Source: an uncultured Fusibacter sp. (GTDB lineage Bacteria; Bacillota; Clostridia; Peptostreptococcales; Acidaminobacteraceae). Taken from it: a DNA stretch of 32,000 bases. Under the pieces are notes generated by a model, which searched no databases, had not been told where the DNA came from, and was given only the letters and a program-made list of their open reading frames with translations. Positions 1-9,963 of the stretch are shown here, piece after piece. The translations under genes and the position numbers were made by a program. The stretch's first letter is position 1; each line of letters begins with the position of its first letter. Location: NCBI GenBank assembly GCA_963666805.2, contig CAXXWR010000003.1:12087-44086 (forward strand), in the 5' to 3' direction.

Positions 1-2200
1 AAAGAATCTTCATGCGTCTACAAACACATTGACTTACCGTATTTTAAAAGCCCATAATCAAGGCTCAAATATGTCAAAGCTTCAAATTCAATTTGATGCT
101 CTTGCTTCGCACGATATCACTTATGTTGGCATTATTCAAACAGCTAAAGCCAGTGGCCTTAAATCTTTTGATATGCCCTATATTTTAACCAATTGTCACA
201 ACAGTCTTTGCGCTGTCGGTGGTACAATAAATGAAGATGACCACGTTTTTGGTCAATCTGCCGCTGAAAAATACGGAGGAATCTATGTTCCTGCCCATCA
301 AGCGGTTATTCACCAGTACATGAGAGAAACACAAGCCCTCTCGGGCGGTATGATATTGGGATCCGATAGTCATACCCGCTATGGTGCACTGGGAACAATG
401 GCAATAGGTGAAGGAGGCCCAGAACTTGTTAAACAACTCTTACATCAAACTTATGATATTGACTACCCAGAAGTAGTTGCCGTCTACCTTACAGGTGAGC
501 CAGTCTGGGGCGTAGGCCCTCAAGATGTAGCCCTTTCACTCATTAAGGCCGTTTTTGATTCAGGCTTTGTTAAAAATAAAGTGCTAGAGTTCATAGGACC
601 TGGCATTAAAGGACTCAGTGTAGAATATAGGAATGGGATTGATGTCATGACTACCGAAACCACTTGTCTATCGAGTATATGGATGACCGATGATAAGGTA
701 AAATCCTACTATGAGACTCACGGGAGAGGGGATTTATATCACACCTTGGCACTCGAAAATTCCGCTTATTATGACAGTCTTATAAAAATTGATCTATCTA
801 CCATTGAACCGATGATTGCTCTACCTTTTCACCCAAGTCATGTTTATAGTATTAGAGAATTAAATGAAAATCCCTATGCTATTTTGTCAGAAGTTGAAAA
901 TACCATTAAAGCCAGTATTGATAATCCCTTTATTCATTTTTCATTAACTGACAAGATCAAAGATGGCGCTATCTATGCCGATCAAGGCATTGTCGCTGGA
1001 TGTTCAGGTGGCACTTATGAAAATATTGCAAAAATAGCGCGTCTATTGGAAAATCATCCAAGTCAAGGCTATTTCAATATGAGTATCTATCCTTCAAGTC
1101 AACCTGTTAATTATGCCCTTATGGCAAATGGCTATCTTCAAACCTTAATGGCTGAAGGTATTAACATCAAAACAGCCTTCTGTGGGCCATGTTTTGGTGC
1201 AGGGGACGTACCTCAAAATAACGGCTTGAGTCTTCGACATACTACCCGTAACTTTCCTAATCGAGAAGGTTCAAAACCTGTAGATGGACAAATTGCTTCA
1301 GTTGCTCTTATGGATGCCCTCTCTATCATGGCAACTGCTATTAATGGTGGTAAACTCACTCCCGCAACTGATCTTGCACCCATTGACTTTAAAGATGACT
1401 ACTTTTATGAGCCCCATATTTATGAAAAATCAGTCTATAATGGCTATCAAATACCTCAGAATGACAAGGACTTGATTTATGGTCCCAATATTGCAGATTG
1501 GCCAAGCATTGAGCCTCTAAATGAACATCTTTTACTTGCCAATGCTGCCACTATCTTTGACCCTGTAACAACAACTGATGAGTTGATTCCTTCTGGTGAA
1601 ACCTCTTCCTACCGTTCTAACCCAATGAAGTTGGCTTCATTTACACTTTCCAGAAAAGATCCTCACTATGTTAATCGCGCAAAAAAAATAGCAACTCATG
1701 ACAAGCAAGAAGAACTCATTGATTGCTTATTAGAGAACAAAAATCAAATTGATGAATTAACGCCCCTTTCTGATGACCATTTGAAAGCATCTCTTTCTGT
1801 GGGGAGTAATGTGTTCGCTTTAAAACCTGGTGATGGTTCAGCACGGGAACAAGCAGCATCTTGTCAAAGGGTCCTAGGTGGAAGCGCTAATATTGCTGTT
1901 GAATACGCCACTAAACGTTATCAAAGTAACCTTATCAATTGGGGAATGATTCCCTTTACAATGGCAAAAGAATCAACATCCTTAATGCAAGTGGATGACC
2001 TTATCTTTATTCCCCACATCAGACAAAAATTGCTGCAACATGAAACCACCTTTAAGGCTTATCACATCCGCTCTAAAGAAGTCACCCCTTTAATCTTTCA
2101 TACAAAAGATTTCACGGAAGAAGAAATTCAAATTTTAGTGTCTGGCTGTCTCATTAATTATAATCAACACAAGATTCATGCATCTCAATCGAAACTATAG
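1..2200 (+). CDS. aconitase-family hydratase (fused catalytic + swivel domains, 'putative aconitate hydratase' type); 5' end probably outside the window
   Basis: ORF 29..2200. The frame is open back to base 2 and no SD precedes the TTG at 29, so the start is likely upstream. Motifs: GSDSHT, CGPCFGAG (Fe-S CxxC), and the swivel-domain signature GDGSAREQAA...NLINWGMIPF. Confidence 0.8.
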   Translation, partial: KNLHASTNTLTYRILKAHNQGSNMSKLQIQFDALASHDITYVGIIQTAKASGLKSFDMPYILTNCHNSLCAVGGTINEDDHVFGQSAAEKYGGIYVPAHQAVIHQYMRETQALSGGMILGSDSHTRYGALGTMAIGEGGPELVKQLLHQTYDIDYPEVVAVYLTGEPVWGVGPQDVALSLIKAVFDSGFVKNKVLEFIGPGIKGLSVEYRNGIDVMTTETTCLSSIWMTDDKVKSYYETHGRGDLYHTLALENSAYYDSLIKIDLSTIEPMIALPFHPSHVYSIRELNENPYAILSEVENTIKASIDNPFIHFSLTDKIKDGAIYADQGIVAGCSGGTYENIAKIARLLENHPSQGYFNMSIYPSSQPVNYALMANGYLQTLMAEGINIKTAFCGPCFGAGDVPQNNGLSLRHTTRNFPNREGSKPVDGQIASVALMDALSIMATAINGGKLTPATDLAPIDFKDDYFYEPHIYEKSVYNGYQIPQNDKDLIYGPNIADWPSIEPLNEHLLLANAATIFDPVTTTDELIPSGETSSYRSNPMKLASFTLSRKDPHYVNRAKKIATHDKQEELIDCLLENKNQIDELTPLSDDHLKASLSVGSNVFALKPGDGSAREQAASCQRVLGGSANIAVEYATKRYQSNLINWGMIPFTMAKESTSLMQVDDLIFIPHIRQKLLQHETTFKAYHIRSKEVTPLIFHTKDFTEEEIQILVSGCLINYNQHKIHASQSKL

Positions 2201-2211
2201 CCATTATCAAT

Positions 2212-2245
2212 AAAGCGAGTCATTCACGAGATTCGCTTTTATTTT
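2212..2245. terminator. weak bidirectional stem-loop between convergent genes
   Basis: aaagcga (2212-2218) pairs with tcgcttt (2233-2239), followed by tattttg. The loop is long, so this is a modest terminator. It overlaps the stop codon of the kinase gene. Confidence 0.4.
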
Positions 2246-3981
2246 GAACTTTTTGGCAAGCTGACCTTAAATGTTGTTCCTCCTGTATTGCCTTTTAATA
2301 TATCAATTGATCCATGATGTTGATTGACAATAATATCATAAGCGATACTAAGACCTAGACCCGTTCCCTTGCCCTCAGGCTTAGTTGTAAAAAAAGGAGT
2401 GAAAACCCGATGTTTAATGGACTCTGGAATACCCACTCCATTATCTGAAATTTTACAAAAAATTTGGTCTTTTTCAACACCTGTTTCAATTTCAATACAG
2501 GGTTCTTCTACACTGTCAATATTTTCATGAATAGCATCCATACTATTCATAACAAGGTTAAGTAGCACTTGATTAATAGCCGATGCCTTACAAAATATAG
2601 AAGGAACATGGGCAAGTTTTTGTTCAACTTGAACCTCTTCCTTGAATTGGCTTAGAGAAACCAAAAGCGTGTTTTTAATACCTTCATTAATATTATAATA
2701 GACATAATCATCCATCTCAGCACTTTGGGCAAAGAATCCAAGGCCCTTAACAATATTGCTGACGCGACGAACGCCTTCATCTATATCCTCCAGAAATTCA
2801 GTCATATCTGACACATATTCATCAACCAATCTATCCTTTTCGACTTTAACGTAAGGATGGGTTGCCATTTCTTTGAGCAATCCCTGCATCATATTTACAT
2901 TGCTCATGACATAGCCTAAAGGGTTATTCATTTCGTGGGCAATTCCTGCAGCTAAGTGACCAATAGCTACCATCTGCTCTTGCTGTACCAGCTGGGCTTC
3001 TTTTTCCTTAAGTTCAACAAGGGTCGCTTCTAATTGTTGATAATAACGTTCCATCTGTTTTTCATCGCTTATTCGGTTAAAGGCACCACTAAATATTTCA
3101 CCAATAATTGATAACATTGATCTATCATAATCATCCCATGCACTGTACTGGTGAGTATGGTCAAAACCAATAAAGCCTTGACACTGGTTTTTATAGACAA
3201 GAGGTAAGACTAAACAAGATTTTATTGCTTGCGATTCTAAAATTTTTTTTTCACTAATTGCATCCTCTGACATTTCTGAAACATTTGGAATATGTATAAT
3301 TTCATTTTCATTTAGTTTTTTAACCCACCATGGGAAGGTGTCTAAAGGCAGATCCTTAAGTGCATCAATGGCAGGTTCAACGCCTTCTTGGCACCATTCA
3401 TAAGTGTTTGTCATTGTTTGTTCTTGTTCATTGAACTCAAAAACATAAGCACGATCAGCACTTGAAAATCGTCCAATCATAGCCATCGCCTCTTCAATAG
3501 CACTTTCAATGTTACCAGATGATATTAGTTTTGACGATATTTTAGAAGCAATCAACTGAAGTTGCAGCATTTTTTCCATATGAGATTCATAATTTTGATG
3601 ATTTTTGATAGGCAAAGCCGTCATGTAAAGCCCTTCAATTTGATTTGAAGCATTTAATATAGGTTGTCCTGAAACATCATACCATAACGCCTCAGCTTGA
3701 CTTTCTCTTTGAAAGTTAAAAGAACGCCTTAAAATCTTTCCCGACTTTATTTCATTCAAAAAAGGATAAACTTTTTCGTAAAACGATGTAGAAACTAAAT
3801 CGACAAGGTTCTTATTATTAACCACTTCACTGCCCAATATCTTTTTAAATTCTCTATTCGCATATTGGACATAAAAAGATTTGTCTAAAAAAAGAACAAT
3901 CACTTCAGTCCTTTCAAAGATTAAATCGAGTAAGTCTTTATCTAATTTATCCATTTCATACTTTATTGTATGCGCTTTCAT
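2239..3981 (-). CDS. cytoplasmic sensor histidine kinase (PAS - GAF - HisKA - HATPase_c), no partner regulator adjacent
   Basis: H-box 'AAGIAHEMNNPLGYV', N-box 'LLNLVMNSMDA', G-boxes 'DNGVGIP' and 'GTGLGLSIAYDII'. No hydrophobic TM segment. SD GAGGTG lies upstream of the ATG at 3981. Confidence 0.9.
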   Translation of the reverse strand: MKAHTIKYEMDKLDKDLLDLIFERTEVIVLFLDKSFYVQYANREFKKILGSEVVNNKNLVDLVSTSFYEKVYPFLNEIKSGKILRRSFNFQRESQAEALWYDVSGQPILNASNQIEGLYMTALPIKNHQNYESHMEKMLQLQLIASKISSKLISSGNIESAIEEAMAMIGRFSSADRAYVFEFNEQEQTMTNTYEWCQEGVEPAIDALKDLPLDTFPWWVKKLNENEIIHIPNVSEMSEDAISEKKILESQAIKSCLVLPLVYKNQCQGFIGFDHTHQYSAWDDYDRSMLSIIGEIFSGAFNRISDEKQMERYYQQLEATLVELKEKEAQLVQQEQMVAIGHLAAGIAHEMNNPLGYVMSNVNMMQGLLKEMATHPYVKVEKDRLVDEYVSDMTEFLEDIDEGVRRVSNIVKGLGFFAQSAEMDDYVYYNINEGIKNTLLVSLSQFKEEVQVEQKLAHVPSIFCKASAINQVLLNLVMNSMDAIHENIDSVEEPCIEIETGVEKDQIFCKISDNGVGIPESIKHRVFTPFFTTKPEGKGTGLGLSIAYDIIVNQHHGSIDILKGNTGGTTFKVSLPKSSK

Positions 3982-4140
3982 AAAAACACCTCATTTAGCT
4001 TGCCATTACTTATTCTATTTATAGGCTTTTTTCCCACACGATAAACAACTGTTTTCAAAGTAGAATATCCAAAAAACCTTTAGAAAAGTCGTTTTCAGTC
4101 TTATCATTTTTTAGTTATACACAGAATTTACACTTTAAAA

Positions 4141-4149
4141 TGTTATAAT
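4141..4149 (+). promoter_or_regulatory. extended -10 element (TGTTATAAT) for the 4195 gene
   Basis: tgttataat at 4141-4149, about 45 nt upstream of the ATG. No good -35 hexamer. Confidence 0.45.
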
Positions 4150-4194
4150 ATTGTAAAATTTTATTTAATCTGTCTCACAATGAGGAGGTTCTCT

Positions 4195-5556
4195 ATGAAG
4201 TATTCCCATAAGGTGTTATGGCTACTCTTATCAATTAATATCGTGTTTTCAAGTATTAATTTTGCCAATTCAGGTCCAATGACCATTGATGAATCTTCTG
4301 TCAATGGCATTTACAGTCTTTCAGATTCACCTGCTGAAGTCACACGTGAGGAACTTACTTTTAATTTTTCAAATCAGGACTTGCTTTACACCCCCACTTG
4401 TTCCGTCACTGCAGACTACCATCTTTATAATCCAACTGATGAACCATTAACTGTTCAAGTCGGGTTTCCATTAACCAGCTCTTTTAAGGCCCTAGAATCA
4501 AGAAGTCACATTGAGTATAACCAACAAACCATTCATCCCGATATCCAAGTTCGGCCTCAACTCTCAACAGTAGATAGCTCTTTTGATGAAATTATTCGTG
4601 CTTTTAATCATCAGTCTAATACCTATGACGCTCTTCAAAGCAAATCTATTGAACGTTATGAAATTCAGACCGATTTAGACCAACTTGCTGATGGCGAATC
4701 TATCACAATATATGTTCATTCTCCTCAAATTGATTCTATTTTATCAAAGGGATCTCGGTCTAGTGGTTTTCAAGATGACACATTCTTTTTTTCCTACGAT
4801 CAATACAGTCGACATCATTATTTTTATGTCATTGGTGGTCCCACTGACAATCTAACCTTTGAATACACTCAACATAATAAAATAGTGGATCATGCGTCAT
4901 CAATTGATTATGTTCATTCCCCTGTTACACTTGATGATTTTACAGCAGATCTTTTGTCCGAAATAGACCACCCCCGCCCCTTTTCAGATAAAGACCTCGT
5001 CAACTTGGCATTTGATAGTTTTGACTATTATCGTCGTAGTAAAGCAGGCGAGCTTATTTTTAACCTTGATGAAATAATGCTCTCACCCTATCAGTGGTAT
5101 TTAATGATGTATACTTATCACATTGAACTAGAACCACATAGTGAAAACAATATGGTCATTAGTTATGACATGAATGGCTTAATGGACCAAAGCGAAACCC
5201 AATATCCCCTTTATACTTATGAGTATTATTTAGATCCTGCTTCTCATTGGTCTGATTTTAATGATCTTACCATTAAGATTATCCCTCCTGATGAATCTCC
5301 TTATATTACTAATTCTAATATTACATTTAATCAAAATGAATCTTATTATGAAGCTCATTTTGATAACATCCCTGATGAAAAGCTCACTTTTACACTCAAT
5401 AAAGAAGCAACTCCAAGTCATTATAATCAGCAGAGCTCTTATGGTCTCCTTATTATTCTCTATATTGTTATGAGAGTGGCGATTATACTTATCCCTATAC
5501 TGGCAATCATTTTGATAATGAGACACCTTATTAAACGCAAAAATTCACAGCTATAA
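4195..5556 (+). CDS. hypothetical secreted protein with N-terminal signal peptide and C-terminal TM anchor
   Basis: ORF track starts at 4180, but the AGGAGG lies inside those codons, so ATG 4195 (MKYSHKVLWLLLSINIVFSSINFANS) is the likely start. C-terminal hydrophobic stretch YGLLIILYIVMRVAIILIPILAIILIM is followed by RHLIKRK. I recognise no family motif. Confidence 0.7.
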   Translation: MKYSHKVLWLLLSINIVFSSINFANSGPMTIDESSVNGIYSLSDSPAEVTREELTFNFSNQDLLYTPTCSVTADYHLYNPTDEPLTVQVGFPLTSSFKALESRSHIEYNQQTIHPDIQVRPQLSTVDSSFDEIIRAFNHQSNTYDALQSKSIERYEIQTDLDQLADGESITIYVHSPQIDSILSKGSRSSGFQDDTFFFSYDQYSRHHYFYVIGGPTDNLTFEYTQHNKIVDHASSIDYVHSPVTLDDFTADLLSEIDHPRPFSDKDLVNLAFDSFDYYRRSKAGELIFNLDEIMLSPYQWYLMMYTYHIELEPHSENNMVISYDMNGLMDQSETQYPLYTYEYYLDPASHWSDFNDLTIKIIPPDESPYITNSNITFNQNESYYEAHFDNIPDEKLTFTLNKEATPSHYNQQSSYGLLIILYIVMRVAIILIPILAIILIMRHLIKRKNSQL

Positions 5557-5560
5557 AACA

Positions 5561-5604
5561 AAAGGCTTGATTAACACTTCTTTGTGTCATCAAGCCTTTT
5601 TATG
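5561..5604. terminator. bidirectional rho-independent terminator
   Basis: aaaggcttgat (5561-5571) pairs with atcaagccttt (5589-5599). T-runs are present on both strands, between convergent genes. Confidence 0.75.
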
Positions 5605-5630
5605 ATTTCATTATATGATTTAACTGTTCT

Positions 5631-6563
5631 TTATTGAGCCATCACTCTATTAGCCCATGCTTCTTCTAAGGCCTCAATAAACAATGAATGTGAATCAGAA
5701 AGAGACATTGTTGCACCCGATGTTACATCGGCTAAGACCATTTGTTCATCTTTTGTTAACGCATTGTATTTTATTAATTCATCTGGATCTTCTGTTGTCG
5801 CAACGATAGGTTTACCATTAGCACCAGTACTCTTATCAAACCAAGCCCTCACTTCTGCAACGGTCATCCCTTTAAAGAAGTCTTGGTAGTTGTTAAGCTG
5901 TACATACCACTCATTACCCGTTGTCGCTTTTGCAGCCATACCATAATCATCGCCACGTTCTCTCTTGGTTTCCCACGTTTGTACTTTGTCCATCAGGTCG
6001 CTTACAGAAACCTCTTCTGTCGGCCATGTTGGAAATTCATCAGGTCCTATTTCATAAACATCGAAGATGACATTGACAATCTTGCCATTGGCATCAAAAA
6101 TGGCACTTGCCATTGTAATATTAAAAGAATAGTGACCACTTCTATCTCTGAAATTAGCGACTTCTCCCAGTCCTTGATAAAGCGTTGCCATATCCATATC
6201 AACGTCTTTATCTACTTCTGGCATCATTGTACTACCAACGGCTAATTTTTGGCCAACATAAATCAAACTTGCATTTTTCACTTGTGGATTAAGTGCTAGC
6301 AGTTCATCTGTTGTTAATTGGTATTGACGCGCAATCTTCCATAATGCATCTCCAGATTTAACTGTATAAACCATTGTTCCTTCCTTAAATTCAGGATTTT
6401 CATACGAATAGCTTTCTCCCCCACCACTGCTCTTCCAATTAGCATCTGTCGCAGACGTTGTTGCATCGGTTTCTTCATTATCTGCAAAAACCGGTATGCC
6501 TAACACTAGCACAAGCGCAAGGACTAGAATAACTGACAACACTTTTTTTGATGATTTTCTCAT
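5631..6563 (-). CDS. secreted LysM-domain protein with C-terminal FMN-binding-like domain
   Basis: Start moved to ATG 6563 (MRKSSKK; SD AAGGGG 8 nt upstream). Signal peptide ...GIPVFA/DNEE. LysM 'YTVKSGDALWKIARQYQLTTDELLALNPQVKNASLIYVGQKLAV'. C-terminal 'YQGLGEV...ANGKIVNVIFDVYE' and 'LADVTSGATMS' resemble the FMN_bind fold and its flavinylation motif. Confidence 0.8.
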   Translation of the reverse strand: MRKSSKKVLSVILVLALVLVLGIPVFADNEETDATTSATDANWKSSGGGESYSYENPEFKEGTMVYTVKSGDALWKIARQYQLTTDELLALNPQVKNASLIYVGQKLAVGSTMMPEVDKDVDMDMATLYQGLGEVANFRDRSGHYSFNITMASAIFDANGKIVNVIFDVYEIGPDEFPTWPTEEVSVSDLMDKVQTWETKRERGDDYGMAAKATTGNEWYVQLNNYQDFFKGMTVAEVRAWFDKSTGANGKPIVATTEDPDELIKYNALTKDEQMVLADVTSGATMSLSDSHSLFIEALEEAWANRVMAQ

Positions 6564-6640
6564 AAAATACACCCCTTAGTCATTTTTTTGAATGGTTAAT
6601 CATACATCCATTCATTTTAAATTGGCTTTATTGAAAACGG

Positions 6641-6670
6641 CTGTTTTGAGTTATCAATTATCTCAAACAG
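6641..6670 (-). terminator. terminator of the sugar operon (after GH65 gene)
   Basis: ctgttttgag (6641-6650) pairs with ctcaaacag (6662-6670). On the minus strand it is followed by CCGTTTTCAAT. Confidence 0.6.
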
Positions 6671-6674
6671 CGTT

Positions 6675-8948
6675 TTACAAATGAGTTAATGTTTGTCGTG
6701 ATTGATAGTCATATTCAATTTCTTTTTTGAGTTCATAGCAAGCATCATTGATATAAATTGATAAAGGCTTACCTGACAAGCATGTGATTCTACACTTATC
6801 AGCCACTTCAATTTTAATATGTCTGCCTTTAAAATAAATATAAAAACTATAAGCATCCCACTTTGAAGGCTTTTGCGGTCTAATATACAATTTTTCTTCA
6901 ATAATTCTTACCCCTGCAAAACCATAGATAACCCCCAATAAACTGCCTGAAATATTAGCCATATGCAAACCATCTTTTGTATTGCGATGGGTATCTTTTA
7001 AATCCATCACCCATGATTCATGCAAGTAATCATAAGCCTTCTCAATATCACCTAATCTCGCAGCCATAATCCCATAAATACAAGATGATAAAGAAGAATC
7101 ATGGGTCGTCACCTTTTCATAATATTCATAACCTTTTTTCATTTGAGATTCAGTCACCTCTTCTTCAAGAAGCATATGGGCTAACAAAGAATCTGCTTGT
7201 TTTAAGACTTGATGTCTATAAATCGCAAGGGGATGATAGTTTAACAATAAGGGTCTTTTCATATAATCTTCATTCTCAAAAGGCCAGACTGGTTTAGATA
7301 AAAAACTATCATCTTGAGCATAAAAAGACTTGTCTTTATCCATCGGATAATACATTCGTTCACTAGCCTTTTTCATTTGTTCAATTTCATCGTCTTCCAG
7401 AAAGATATGCATACACTTATCCTTAACAATATCTTTATAGGGTGAATGCAATAAACGTTGATAAATAATATTTAACCATTTAAAATGATGGGCTACCATC
7501 ACATTGGTATAATAATTATCATTAACAATGGCAGTATATTCATCAGGTCCAGTTACATCATATATATGAAAATGGCCATCATGATAATGTCCCATATCCA
7601 TAAAAACCCGTCCGGTTTCAATCAATACCTCTAATCCCTTTTTAGCCATAAATGCCAAATCATTTGTTGCTTGGTAATATTGGATAAAAGCATAGGCAAT
7701 ATCAGCATTAATATGGTATTGTGCCGTGCCCGCTGGAAAATAACCTGAAGATTCTATCCCTGAAATTGTCCGCCAAGCATACTTAGCCCCCTTTAGATGC
7801 CCTAATTTTCGAGCTTCTTCTCTGGACTCTGGTAAGCGTTTATAGCGATATTCAAGGAGTTTTTTAGCTCTTTTAGGATCGGTCAATAAGATCACCGGGA
7901 AAATATAAATCTCAGTATCCCAAAAATAATGACCTTCATAACCTTCTCCTGATAAACCTTTTGCAGAAACATTAGAGTAAGCATCTACGCCAACATTTTG
8001 TAACAGTTGAAACTGCATAAACCGTGTTGCAAAAGCTGCTGTATCGTCCCCTTCAATACTAATTTGAGTCCTTTTCCAGAACATGCCTAACTGATGGGCC
8101 TGTCTCTTGGTTAAACTTTCATAAGTCTCAAATGTAAATTCCTTAGATAATTTTCTAAGGTATTTTTCAGGTTCTGCTTGCCTTAGACTATCAGAAACAA
8201 AGCACCATTTTTCCAGTCTAATATTCCCCTTGCCGTTGACACGGGTAATTAATTGTTTGGACCGATTCTCATGGGATACATTCACCGAATGATGATTAAT
8301 GACATGATTAATTAAAGCCGTCACTTTAATGTGTGACTGGGTCGTCTTAAGTGTCATGACACAAGTATCCTCTTCAATCTCACCTTTTTCGTATTCAAGA
8401 AGTTTGGTCTGTCCTCTAGCTGTTCTTGGATCTTTATGATCACTATAATTTTCAATATCGCCATCTATCACACTAATCAGTTCAATCGCACCATCATAGT
8501 TTACTTCTGTTACTAATACAGCTAAGGATGGGCACTCTAATGAAACAACACGCTTAAAAGTTAATAAGGCCTTTTTTCCATTATCAGTATGATAGCAATA
8601 ACTTCTAATCGACTCACCGTTTTCAAAGTTGAGTCTTCGTGAATACTGTGAGGTTTTCCCCTGAATGAGTTGCGCACGTTCACCATCTAAAAAAACTTCG
8701 CAGGTTTGAAAATCCATTATTCTCGGTTGTCTGTCGTGTTCTTCAGGAAAACCATGCGCAAATTCGGCATGATTCATGGGCACACGTTCATAAAGCCCAT
8801 TAATATAAGTTCCTCTTATAGTATTCCCATGAGGATATTTTTCTTCAAAACACCCTCTTAAGCCTAAATAGCCATTACCTTGTACATATAAACTTTCTTC
8901 AATAAGTTGATTTTTTTCTTGATATTCTGTTTTCTCTAAATAATACAT
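6675..8948 (-). CDS. GH65 disaccharide phosphorylase (maltose/kojibiose/nigerose phosphorylase family)
   Basis: 757 aa. N-terminal 'ESLYVQGNGYLGLRGCFEE' and central 'GLSGEGYEGHYFWDTEIY' are typical GH65 signatures. No signal peptide. SD AAGGAG. Confidence 0.9.
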   Translation of the reverse strand: MYYLEKTEYQEKNQLIEESLYVQGNGYLGLRGCFEEKYPHGNTIRGTYINGLYERVPMNHAEFAHGFPEEHDRQPRIMDFQTCEVFLDGERAQLIQGKTSQYSRRLNFENGESIRSYCYHTDNGKKALLTFKRVVSLECPSLAVLVTEVNYDGAIELISVIDGDIENYSDHKDPRTARGQTKLLEYEKGEIEEDTCVMTLKTTQSHIKVTALINHVINHHSVNVSHENRSKQLITRVNGKGNIRLEKWCFVSDSLRQAEPEKYLRKLSKEFTFETYESLTKRQAHQLGMFWKRTQISIEGDDTAAFATRFMQFQLLQNVGVDAYSNVSAKGLSGEGYEGHYFWDTEIYIFPVILLTDPKRAKKLLEYRYKRLPESREEARKLGHLKGAKYAWRTISGIESSGYFPAGTAQYHINADIAYAFIQYYQATNDLAFMAKKGLEVLIETGRVFMDMGHYHDGHFHIYDVTGPDEYTAIVNDNYYTNVMVAHHFKWLNIIYQRLLHSPYKDIVKDKCMHIFLEDDEIEQMKKASERMYYPMDKDKSFYAQDDSFLSKPVWPFENEDYMKRPLLLNYHPLAIYRHQVLKQADSLLAHMLLEEEVTESQMKKGYEYYEKVTTHDSSLSSCIYGIMAARLGDIEKAYDYLHESWVMDLKDTHRNTKDGLHMANISGSLLGVIYGFAGVRIIEEKLYIRPQKPSKWDAYSFYIYFKGRHIKIEVADKCRITCLSGKPLSIYINDACYELKKEIEYDYQSRQTLTHL

Positions 8949-8961
8949 CTATTATGACTCC

Positions 8962-9900
8962 TTATTTCAATAAATCTTTAATGGCTGAAAGTGCACCTAC
9001 CCTAGTACACACTTTACCCGCTATTTGATTTGCAAAACGTGAAATAGCAATCATTTTTTCTTTATCCTCTAAAATTGATGGCATATCATTGTATTGCGCC
9101 AATTGGTAGATAACAGCACCTATAAAGGCATCTCCCGCACCGGTTGTGTCTTTTACTTCAATTTTTTCAGTTGTAACGTGTTCATCCCAATGAGGATTAA
9201 AAAGTCTGACGCCTTCTTTTCCAAGTGTAATTGTAAAAGTGGCTGAACTCATATGCTTCAACTCTTGAATGGCACTTTCTAAGTCTGACTGTCCTGTCAC
9301 AATCAAAGCCTCTTCATCACTCAATTTTACCAAGTGTGCTTTTCTTATAAAAGGTAACACTCGATCCTTAAAATCGTCAATATCTTCCTTCCAAAAATCA
9401 TTGCGATAATTGGGATCAAAAACAATCAACTTGCCTTCTCTTTGAGCTTGGTCCAATAGACAATGGTAGGTGTCTTGTAAGGGGCCTTCTAAGAAAGCGG
9501 TTGCTGCTCCAAAATGGATAATTTCAACTGCTTCAAGATGCTTCTGATTAATCCAATCATACTCTAAATCTGCATCTGCTCCACGAACAAAGGCAAATTC
9601 TCGTTCTCCCTCTTCATCTATAGACACAAAAGCCAGCGTCGTAGGCTTTTGACTCCGCTTTAACAAGGCAGTGCTAACACCAAACGTTTCTAGCTCCTCT
9701 TTTAAAAAGTCGCCAAAACCATCTTGACCAATTGACCCTAAAAAATAACACGACCCCTCAAGTGCAGAAATCGTGCAAGCAACATTTGCAGGCGCTCCCC
9801 CTGCTTGCTTATTAAAATGATCTTGATCCTTTAGACTCTTGCCTCTACTGAGTCCCATAAAATCAATTAGCATTTCGCCAACGCATACTATTTTTTTCAT
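8962..9900 (-). CDS. PfkB-family fructokinase
   Basis: 'GEMLIDF', 'GGAPANVA', 'DTTGAGDAFIGA' motifs. 13-nt gap to the GH65 gene. Confidence 0.85.
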   Translation of the reverse strand: MKKIVCVGEMLIDFMGLSRGKSLKDQDHFNKQAGGAPANVACTISALEGSCYFLGSIGQDGFGDFLKEELETFGVSTALLKRSQKPTTLAFVSIDEEGEREFAFVRGADADLEYDWINQKHLEAVEIIHFGAATAFLEGPLQDTYHCLLDQAQREGKLIVFDPNYRNDFWKEDIDDFKDRVLPFIRKAHLVKLSDEEALIVTGQSDLESAIQELKHMSSATFTITLGKEGVRLFNPHWDEHVTTEKIEVKDTTGAGDAFIGAVIYQLAQYNDMPSILEDKEKMIAISRFANQIAGKVCTRVGALSAIKDLLK

Positions 9901-9963
9901 TTTTCCTCCATTAACCGATCTGTCTCTTAAAAAGTGATTCCTGGCTTAAAACTTTCATTTTAA

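Noticed and set aside
4180-4194. Upstream alternative start codons proposed by the ORF track (4180, 6572, 10974, 14151, 16058, 22435, 24124)
   Set aside because: In each case a downstream ATG is preceded at 6-10 nt by a GGAGG-type SD that lies inside the extended ORF. For secreted proteins, that ATG also begins a proper signal peptide.
5883-6245. 120-aa ORF antisense to the LysM gene. Similar antisense or out-of-frame ORFs occur at 185-436, 1284-1475, 5230-5526, 5261-5473, 6686-6901, 7085-7297, 11449-11709, 12006-12236, 15543-15797, 17259-17492, 19621-19839, 20113-20307, 20768-20980, 21314-21580, 24500-24713, 26789-27050, 28339-28575, 29601-29798, 30878-31256.
   Set aside because: All are embedded in longer ORFs with clear family signatures. 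They lack SD sites, and their translations have the skewed composition typical of AT-rich shadow frames.
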